This document shows, one piece after another, positions 55,441 to 64,000 of a stretch of DNA of 64,000 nt (the stretch's first letter is position 1; each line of letters starts with the position of its first letter). The notes under the pieces are model-generated. The model did not search any database and was not told where the DNA came from. It worked only from the letters and a program-made list of their open reading frames with translations. Origin of the DNA: Macrostomum lignano (taxonomy: Eukaryota); assembly GCA_002269645.1 (NCBI GenBank), contig NIVC01000728.1, positions 1 to 64,000 on the forward strand. Reading direction: 5' to 3'. A program made the position numbers and the translations under genes.

Positions 55441-57030
55441 AAGCATCCAACAGTAGGATAAGGTCCAGATTATAAAACTCATAAATCTGTATTTCGTGGT
55501 ATCTATCCTGGGTAAAGAAAAAACGCCTTATTAGAAAAGGAAGAAAAAACTTATAGCTATAAGTCTCTAGGCAAGCATAGGTAGGTATGCAGTATCTGTA
55601 AAAGAATTTTTATACAGAACCGATATTCATCAATACTTTATTTCAGTTTCAAAACCCTTTAGCTCCACCCTTGACTCCAGGCTTGCTACGATTGGGTTGC
55701 GCGTGTGTGTAACAGATACAGAATTAAGGAGCAACAAGGACTGACCTTACCGGGAGGGTAGCATCCCTGGAATTTGGAATAGAACAATTCCCACTGCGCC
55801 TTATATCCGCACGACACCGGTGCCAGATTTGAAGGCCGGGATTGGCCTGGGGCTATGCTTTATCTGTGTAATTCTCCTCTCTGAAACAGGACACTGGCCC
55901 CTTGGTAGCCTTATAGCCCTAAGCCTAGACAGAGAAAGGGAGAGAGAGACTGAGGACGGTGGCAACTGTCGCGGTACAGTCTGCTGTAGGTTGCAGTCGG
56001 GGACCCGCCGCTGGCACAGACAGACCACCGCGAGGCATGCAAAAGCCAAAAAAATTCTGATGATTTCGTTCGAACCGCGCACCTTCTTCTCGCTTCTTTT
56101 TTTAAGCACAAGAGGAAACTGGGGCATCCTGTGTGTTTTTTCAGGTCGCGGTATTTCTTGCAATTCTTTTTTTCCGAGTATCAATAGTTTCACGATTATT
56201 TGGATTGAATTTTGCTTCGCAGGCTGGACAAAGATTTGTTCACCTGGGTTTCGAATTTCAAAAGAGCCCTGCCGCTCCGCATAGGGACTAAGGTGATAGG
56301 ACACGAGCAGGTTAATTCTCGTGAAGAGGATATCAAAAAGCTACTATAAGGTAGAGTGGCTTTGGCAGGGGATGAGAACGAGTCGATGGCGAGTGTCACG
56401 CCAAAATAATAATCTGCTTACACAAATCCCCCCGATCCATGCCTTCCTTCCAGCCGGGCCGGCCACTTTCCGCTCCCGGGAATCGGGTAGGAGAGAGAGA
56501 GAGGGGAGGATGGGGTTGAGAAACCGAGAGCTCGTCGAGTTCGAAAAAGACGGCCCGCCGACGATAAGGGGGTTGAGGGGGGGCGAGGCTAGCAGGAGAT
56601 GAAGAGTAGCAGCGAGACAGAGGAAGCGACGCGAGGCACAGAGGCCTCAGAGGGAAACAGGAGGAGAATTGAATAGCTAGCTAGCCAAAGCTGAGGAAAG
56701 ACCTGGCCGAGAGAAGTGGGAAAGGCGGCGATGGATGGAAATGATCCCTTATATATATATATAGTAAACTGCCAATCCCAAGTCCCAGTCGCCATTATAT
56801 TATGGCACACACACGCAGTTCGCGTAACAGTCGTGGCCGAGAGGCGTGTATTTTAATAAGTGAAAGCCGGGAGCAGGCGGCGGCTGGGGAGGAGGGGGAA
56901 TAGGGGAAGAAAGAGTGAAAAAAGACCCTCCTTCCAAGCCTCATACCGAAATCTCCTCGCAATTCCTCCCAAAAGCAGAAAAAACGATGGCCGATAGCTC
57001 CGAGTGAGGTGGCGAGGTGACTTTGGGCTG

Positions 57031-57033
<3 letters not shown>

Positions 57034-57078
<45 letters not shown>
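57034..57078. repeat. (CT)n microsatellite, about 22 units
   Basis: Directly visible. Confidence 0.97.
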
Positions 57079-57079
<1 letters not shown>

Positions 57080-57843
57080 GATTCCAACCGGTCCCCAAGT
57101 TTGCCAAGAAAGCCCGGCCCTACCAATCTTTACCACCCGCCCTCATCCTACATCTTACATCCCAAAAAAATCCCCCACCCCAGCCCAGATTCCCGCTAAA
57201 GCAGGTGGGGGGGGGATTGGCGACTCGGTAAACAAGGTCAGCGCCGTGTTTGGAAGCGGCCAGGAGGCCCGGGAGGTGCAGAAGAATAGCGATGGGGATA
57301 TTGGGGAAACGGAGCGGGGCGGGCGGTAGGCAAGAGGGGAGGAGCTAGCTAACAGCAAAGCGAGCGTTACACACAAACCAGACACACACAGAGCCCTACA
57401 CACTGGGGGGCAGGGGTTAGACTGGCCTACCTTCGCAGACCGCAGTGGTTAAAAGCAGGCAGGAATATGAAGAATAAAGAATTTCTGGCAATCGTCAGGA
57501 GCCTCAATCTTCCTACCAACACCAACAACCCCCCACCTCCTGGTCCAAAGAACCCTGACCCTTCCCACTCCGCCTCCCTTAAAGAAGCCAGTCGCGTGCA
57601 TTGTGTAAGTTTGGCCTGTCAATCCAATGCTCCCGATTGAGGCAGGAAATCAGTTAAAAGGGGAAGCGGGCCGCCAGAGCCGCAAAGGCAATGATCACCC
57701 AGCAGGCCTCTCGCTCTCCAACCCTTCCAGATTTCCTCAGAGCCGGGTCGCAGTCAGAATCTCTCACAGTAAAGAAAGGCATTACATTTTCTTTAGGCAA
57801 TCCCGGCGAAGGGACGCGCGATCCAGTTTCTCCCCAGACTTAC

Positions 57844-57857
57844 ATGCCTGTCGTCAG
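57844..57857 (-). CDS. TLE/gro: Groucho/TLE exon 3: 14-nt microexon
   Basis: ccatttcag|CTGACGACAGGCAT|gtaagt; consensus splice sites; bridges the phase-1 end of exon 2 to the phase-0 start of exon 4 (ADDRH). Confidence 0.8.
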
Positions 57858-58007
57858 CTGAAATGGGCAGAGTTGGGGTTGGCGGGTGGATATTATTGTA
57901 GCGCACAGTTATTAAATAACAATACGTCAGTTATTATTCGTACTGCATGAGGCACCAAGGGGCCCGTGGCTCGGGCTCTCCCTAAAGCAAAGCCTGTGCG
58001 GCACACA

Positions 58008-58790
58008 GTGTCAGGGATGCCAAAATGACTGTCAGGGATGCCAAAATGACTGTCAGGGATGCCAAAATGACTGTCAGTGATGCCAAAATGACTGTCAGGG
58101 ATGCCAAAATGACTGTCAGGGATGCCAAAATGACTGTCAGGGATGCCAAAATGACTGTCAGGGATGCCAAAATGACTGTCAGGGATGCCAAAATGACTGT
58201 CAGGGATGCCAAACTGACTGTCAGGGATGCCAAAATGACTATCAGGGATGCCAAAATAACTGTCAGGGATGCCAAAATAACTGTCAGGGATGCCAAAATG
58301 ACTGTCAGGGATGCCAAAATGACTGTCAGGGATGCCGAGATGACTGTCAGGGATGCCAAACTGACTGTCAGGGATGCCAAAATGACTGTCAGGGATGCCA
58401 AAATGACTGTCAGGGATGCCAAACTGACTGTCAGGGATGCCAAAATGACTGTCAGGGATGCCAAAATGACTGCCAGGGATGCCAAAATGACTGTCAGGGA
58501 TGCCAAAATGACTGCCAGGGATGCCAAAATGGCTGCCAGGGATGCCAAAATGGCTGTCAGGGATGCCGAGATGACTCAGGGATCCCAAAATGACTGTTAG
58601 GGATCCCAAAATGACTGTTAGTCATCCCAAGATGACTATTAGGGATGCCGAAATGACTGTCAGGGATGCCGAGATGACTCAGGGATCCCAAAATGACTGT
58701 TAGTGATCCCAAAATTACTGCCAGGGACCCCAAAATGACTGTTAGGGATCCCAAGATGACTATTAGGGATGCCGAAATGACTGTCAGGGG
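58008..58790. repeat. 21-bp minisatellite (ACTGTCAGGGATGCCAAAATG), about 37 copies, in TLE intron 2
   Basis: Visible; homogeneous on the left, degenerate on the right. Confidence 0.97.
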
Positions 58791-58874
58791 ATGGATGAGT
58801 CTTTTTTCTACTGCGGAAACGCCCCTGCATTAGGCGTCATAGCAAATATAGGTGTGAATACGCCCCAAGCACAC

Positions 58875-59610
58875 CTCTGTCAGCGGCAGGGGTCTCATGC
58901 TTCATGCCGGCAGCGGCGGCGGCGGCAGCGGCGGCCAGATGGTGATGCGGAGCGCCAAGACTGCCAAAGCCCAGCAGGGTGGCAGCGATGGAGGCCGGCG
59001 GCAGACCGTGGGCGGCGGCGGCCAGGTGAGGCAGGCCGGCCAGAGCGGCAGCTGGCGGATGATGGGCGGCGCTGGCGGCTGCACCCAGCTGGGCGGCCTG
59101 CAGCTGCTTGTAGAACTCCAGCTGCTCAGGGGACATGCCCAGTGCGGCTCCGGCGCCTAGAGGCATGCCGCCGCCGCCGCCACCACCGCCGCCAAGGCCC
59201 ATGCCGGGACCGCCAGCACCGCCGCTTGGACCGCCGCCATTGGGAAACTTTGGATATTTGGAGTCCTCAGTCTGGGCGATGATAGCATTGAGCTCTTGCA
59301 CAGTGACCTGTTTGGCTCGTTCAACCGCTGTAACCACCTGCTGCTGGTGCTCCTGCGATAGGAATGGGATCACCTGGACTAGGATAGCGTTTAATCGCTT
59401 GGCAATCTCAGTCTGCTTATGCATCTCAACGTTGAGACCATAGGACATCTCATAGTACATCACATAGTGACGCTGCATCTCCGTTTTCTCTTGATGTAGC
59501 TTGTCGAATTCCACCTTCAGACTGTGGTATTGAGTGTTGAGCATGCCGAACTCCTCCTTAATGCGTTCGCAGTGCTCAGCCACCATTAGCTTGAACTGTG
59601 GCTGCCCCGG
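58875..59610 (-). CDS. TLE/gro: Groucho/TLE exon 2 (Q tetramerisation domain and GP domain)
   Basis: PGQPQFK...[48 protein letters not shown]...[18 protein letters not shown]; caacag acceptor, AGAG|gtgtgc donor, phase 0 to 1. Confidence 0.96.
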
Positions 59611-60894
59611 CTGTTGTTGGGGGGGGGGAATTGTTTAAAGGATTTATGAATATCAGCAAGAACTATCGAATAAGTTATTTATAAGCCAAAATTTAACAAT
59701 CAACCACCTAAAAAATAACCTTATATCACTCATGCTTCTATACAAGTTCTCTAATATCTTTCTTTTAGCTTAAAAACTAAAACAAGAGCATAAACTTATG
59801 GCAAGTAAACTAAAAACAAATAGATAAAGTCAAATTTGTAATAAACTTCATTAATAGATAATAGGGTTTTGGATACATTAAGGAATAGAGAAAAGGATAG
59901 AATTTTTTAATGTCTATAAATGTATATAGTGATACAAATAAACCAAAGATTTTATAGGGAAATGAATCCTTTTGAAAGATCAAGTCCTAAAGGTATTAGC
60001 CTATATTTTATAGAAAATTGGCTGGGTCTCCATATTTTTATAGGGAATAAAACCCTAAATAATAATCTAATTAACCAAATTAATTAGGTTATTGATAATT
60101 TTTCACAATACAAACTTCTACCCTATCCTTATAATAACCAATGTTTTAGTTTGCAATAGTAATCTAAAATTGATACTGAATAATTAATTGATAATTGATA
60201 ATTCATTGCTTAATATATTGACTTTTATAGCAAAGAAAGAAATAATTAGCTTGTAATTTATGATTTACAGTTTGATAGACATATTTAAACTAAAGAACCA
60301 TTTAATATATTTTTACAAAAAAAACAATCCAAAGCAAAAAATTTATCAGTAAATGGCAAAAGTCCATAGAAATCATTTTTATGTTTTAAATAAAATTTGA
60401 AAATATTATATTTATGCTCATTTTAGATATAACTAAAGGCTTCAAAGCTCTTAGTTAAATAAAATAGTGTTAGTTGTTATAGTAATATAACAATAAATAT
60501 GCTCATGGAAAGCTAACTCAACCTTAAATAAAGCATACCTATATAATAATAATAATAATAGTCCGAATTAGTCTTTAGACTTGAGCTGAGCATCAATTTA
60601 ACTAATATAACTAATAACTAATATAAGTAATATAATTAATATACTTACTTATACTATTGAATGATAGAAAATTTTCTATATAGAAAAAAAGCCATAAGAT
60701 GCCTAAAATATAAATTATTTTATATGTAAAATTTTAGGCTTATTTTAGCTTTTTAGGTGCTGTCAAAGACAAAAATTCTATTGCAAAAAGGAACATGGTA
60801 TGATTTTTGAAGCAATCTATTATATTACATTACATGGAAACAATAAAATAAAAACGACGAGTTATTGAAAAAATAATAAACTTTTTTGACTTAC

Positions 60895-60915
60895 GGGGGG
60901 TCTGTTCTGATACAT
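60895..60915 (-). CDS. TLE/gro: Groucho/TLE exon 1 (MYQNRPP)
   Basis: ATG TAT CAG AAC AGA CCC CCC|gtaagt; resembles the MYPxxRHP first mini-exon of TLE genes; all 10 exons sum to 2337 nt = 778 aa plus stop. Confidence 0.8.
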
Positions 60916-62024
60916 TTTATCCCGAATCTTTGTTTCCTTATCTGTGCACACCTTTTTCATGAAGACTTTAAAGCATAATAAGCCACAAAAGTGGCCAAAA
61001 TTTATTTAAAAGTATTTTTCTGAAGAAAAGCGTTTCGAAAAATTATTGGTAAATACCTTCACTACTTAAAAAGTTAGTTAGGCAGTCACTAGAGAAGCGA
61101 AACCTTAAATCTTGAATTGAGTTCACAGAATCAACTCAAAAGACACAACTACTAACTCACGATTTCGAATGCTGATTACTTTTTGAAAAAGCTGTTTTTA
61201 TAAAAATATTTTTTTCAATTCATATATGACTGAGATATTTTCAGAAATCTATAATAACGATTTTGGTTAATACGTTATCATATGGCTTCATTGGTAAAAA
61301 ATTAATACCAGTAGAATTTGTTATAGTGTTAACTCAAAATACAGTGCGCACATGATGTACATTAAGTTAATTGTATCGCACATAGATTTATCCAGGAACA
61401 CTGTGGTACTTGAGATCCATTAAATTAAACTTGTGATTTGTGAATTTAGATCTTCAGCTGATCTTTAGCACGATCTTCAGCTAATCAAATTTCGAGACTT
61501 GTAAATTGCATTTTTTCAAGCTACATTGTACAATTACTAAAGAATCTTAAGGATCCAACCGAAGCAAGCTCGATAAAATTTCTAGTGATAAATTTCCAGT
61601 GATAATGATAAATCAAGAGAGATCACGAAAGACTAGCATTAATGTTTTTTTCCAAAAAGGGGATCCTTTAACCGTGCCTTTTATTGGAGAAAGACAGACA
61701 ACCAATTTGTAACAGGCATCCGGATTTTCGTTTTTAACCATTAAATTAAAACTTATAGATGTTTTTCTAAGTAATTTTTAGTGCTAATGGTTATTTTTAA
61801 AAAGAAAATGAGCTCCTTCAAAATCATAAATTTAAAATTTTTACTGTGCAAATTATCAATTCTTTGTTTTACTGAAGAAGTGTTTACTCTTATATCGTAT
61901 TCAATTTTCGAACGTGCTATCCAACGAAATTTGAACCTGTCCTCCTATTTACTGTTGCAGTGAAATATCTACGCGTCTGAATTGTTCATAAATCATGTAA
62001 TATTGCTCAACTTTACTTTCATAA
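60916..62024. promoter_or_regulatory. Putative shared/bidirectional promoter region between TLE and ferlin
   Basis: 1.1-kb AT-rich interval between divergent start codons; no TSS evidence. Confidence 0.4.
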
Positions 62025-62127
62025 ATGAAAATGTCGAAACTAATTGTAACTGTTGATAGCGCTGCAAATCTACCAAATGTTGACACGTTTGGGGAGAGTG
62101 ACCCATTTTGCATTGTCGAAATTAAAG
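62025..62127 (+). CDS. FER1L/DYSF-like: Ferlin (dysferlin/myoferlin type) exon 1, C2A start
   Basis: MKMSKLIVTVDSAANLPNVDTFGESDPFCIVEIK; AAAG|gtatgt donor, phase 1; start could be 62031. Confidence 0.82.
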
Positions 62128-62542
62128 GTATGTTGTATTTTTTTAGTTGCTTCGAACCTATTTTTGTTGAAACTTATTTTTACAATAAAAGCCTGAATGA
62201 AAATCTTATTCTAAAAATAAAAAAATGTAGTATAACTCTCAAACAATTTACAATTGTTTAATTTTCTTTTTTAAATATAATTACGCCAGATCAGATCTTA
62301 TTCGTTATTTAGACACTCTTAAAAGCAAAAGTAACAGCAAAAATACTTCTGGGATTTAAGTTTGTTTTACTTGGCTCCTGAAGAGCTGACAGCTTAACTT
62401 GATTTGTGTCAATTCTGTTCTTAAATCTTCATTGTCTAATAATAAATTATTGAAGAAAGGAATTTATTGTATTTAAAACAATACTCTCCACTGAATCAGG
62501 CTATCGTTTTTTAATATTGTTTTTAACTGCAACAAATTTCAG

Positions 62543-62687
62543 GACTGAAGGGTCAGACAAAGGTCATTGACAATGATTTAAACCCAGTTTGGAAGGAGAA
62601 AATTGAGCTGGATTTGGGCCCGCCTCTAAGCCCAGATGATAAACTGACAGTGACAGTGAAAGACCATGAAACAATTGGGCCGGACAA
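62543..62687 (+). CDS. FER1L/DYSF-like: Ferlin exon 2 (C2A)
   Basis: GLKGQTKVIDNDLNPVWKEKIELDLGPPLSPDDKLTVTVKDHETIGPD matches ferlin C2A (DNELNPVW, VKDxETIG); phase 1 to 2. Confidence 0.88.
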
Positions 62688-62760
62688 GTAAGTAAACTTT
62701 AAATTCAAACGATTTGTTTTTATTCTAATCCACAACAATTACTCATGGTTAAATTCACAG

Positions 62761-62866
62761 ACTGCTTGGCATGTGTGAAATTGCTCTCAAAGACCTGGTC
62801 AAAGGCGGAAAGTCCGAGATGGAAGTGAACGCTCCGCTGCAGGATGCCAACAAGAGAGCCGTCGGA
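62761..62866 (+). CDS. FER1L/DYSF-like: Ferlin exon 3 (C2A end)
   Basis: KLLGMCEIALKDLVKGGKSEMEVNAPLQDANKRAVG; cacag acceptor, gtgcgt donor; phase 2 to 0. Confidence 0.82.
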
Positions 62867-62950
62867 GTGCGTCAGCCTGAGGCTTAGCAATCTTTTATAA
62901 TCAGAAAGCTTACAGAAACTATAAAGGCAACAATTCACCCTAAATTTCAG

Positions 62951-62996
62951 GCAACTGTCAAAGTGATGATCGTCTATGTTGGACCGAAAGGAAAAG
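62951..62996 (+). CDS. FER1L/DYSF-like: Ferlin exon 4
   Basis: ATVKVMIVYVGPKGK (last C2A strand); tttcag acceptor, AAG|gtagcg donor; phase 0 to 1. Confidence 0.78.
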
Positions 62997-63374
62997 GTAG
63001 CGCCTTGAAATCACAGTTTCTTTATCTATAACAATAACTGCTTAGACACACGTTTACATGCAACTAAATAAATATTTTAGGAACAGGAGTGCATTGTAAG
63101 TCTTTTAGGTTTTAGATAGTGTTGTACATAATCATAAACTTTGCTGATAAAACAGTTCGTGTGTATGCACATGTAAATCACATTTTTATTGCCGGTACTT
63201 TTGTGAATTGGTGTAAAGCTCTTTAGTTCTAGCTGTTCTTACTGTCAATAAATTATATAACAAGGCCCAAAGTAGCTTGTAGCTAATATATTATCTGTCG
63301 TGACTAATTATATCTATCTATCAATCAACAAATAATCGTGAGCTGTCTTATTTGCGTGAACTGACTCAATGCAG

Positions 63375-63586
63375 ACACGACTGACTCGTCGCCGAGCGGT
63401 GGCGGCGGCGGCCAAACAATGGATGCCGAAGATGACGACGAGGAAGAAGAGGCCTTCGATCAGGCTGACGGCGGCGGCGGTGGCGGCGGCGGCGGTGGCA
63501 AAAAATCGCGGCGAAAGCGAAACGTCGGCGGAGCGGCAAAGCGAAAGACTCGGGCCAAGCTGAGCACGAAGCTGCAGGACTTTCAG
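63375..63586 (+). CDS. FER1L/DYSF-like: Ferlin exon 5 (C2A-C2B linker)
   Basis: Acidic/polyG/basic linker ending KLSTKLQDFQ (ferlin LSxKPQDFQ motif before C2B); phase 1 to 0; gene continues off-window. Confidence 0.8.
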
Positions 63587-63739
63587 GTGCGGCTTTGAGA
63601 TGGTTGCGAAGGGCTTACAGCAGGGAGTAGAGCTGAATGGACGGGGCTCAAGATGAGAAAAAGTCAACTTCAAATAGTGGAGCTTGAATCAGCGATTTCT
63701 ATGGACTAGTAAAGAACAGCTCAAGTCTGCTCAAGAATA

Positions 63740-64000
63740 AAAGGAACCAGGTGAAGAAGGAGGAACCAGGTAGAAGGGAAGGAGCCAGGTAGAATGGAAG
63801 GAGCCAAGTAGAATGGAAGGAGCCAGGTAGAATGGAAGGAACCAGATAGAATGGAAGGAACCAGCCAGAATAAAAGGGACCAGGGATAATGGAAGAGACC
63901 AGGCAGGATGGAAGGGATCAGATAGAAACCAGGTAGAAGGAGTCAGATAGGAACCAAGTAGAGTGGAAGGAACCAGGCAGAATGAAAGGAACCAGGCAGA
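63740..64000. repeat. Degenerate 19-bp purine-rich minisatellite (GGAGCCAGGTAGAATGGAA) in a ferlin intron, open at the edge
   Basis: Visible tandem unit about 155 nt after the donor at 63587. Confidence 0.85.

Noticed and set aside
49590-57950. Possible nested genes in TLE introns (e.g. 55801-56304, 55820-56284, 49590-50051)
   Set aside because: No domain motifs; lengths expected by chance in GC-rich DNA
57893-58754. GIPDSHF, LTVILAS and MTVRDAK repeat ORFs; similar ORFs over the other arrays and the CT tract
   Set aside because: Minisatellite or low-complexity translation artefacts

Overview
Eukaryotic (metazoan) genomic DNA; no prokaryotic, CRISPR or rRNA content was seen. Five spliced protein-coding genes were reconstructed by hand with GT-AG junctions and consistent phases. 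(1) Protein kinase D (PRKD-like), minus strand, partial: C1a/C1b exons at 15637-13317; the rest lies off the left edge. (2) Cyclin C, minus, complete, 2 exons, 280 aa. (3) A ZFP36/TIS11-type tandem CCCH zinc-finger gene, plus, complete, 4 exons, 449 aa. (4) Groucho/TLE, minus, complete, 10 exons, 778 aa, including a 14-nt frame-restoring microexon. (5) A dysferlin/myoferlin-type ferlin, plus, first 5 exons, head-to-head with Groucho. About 43% of the window (about 27-28 kb) is tandem minisatellite: at least 17 arrays with units of 15-36 bp. Almost every unit is unique to one locus, and most intronic arrays start within about 15-155 nt of an exon. The long repetitive ORFs in the ORF track are artefacts of these arrays. 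Also present: a near-perfect 659-bp local duplication, a mariner relic, a possible tRNA-derived SINE and a short interstitial TTAGGG run. Gene style and repeat load suggest an invertebrate such as a Macrostomum-type flatworm; this is inference only. All coordinates were derived manually, and array edges are approximate.
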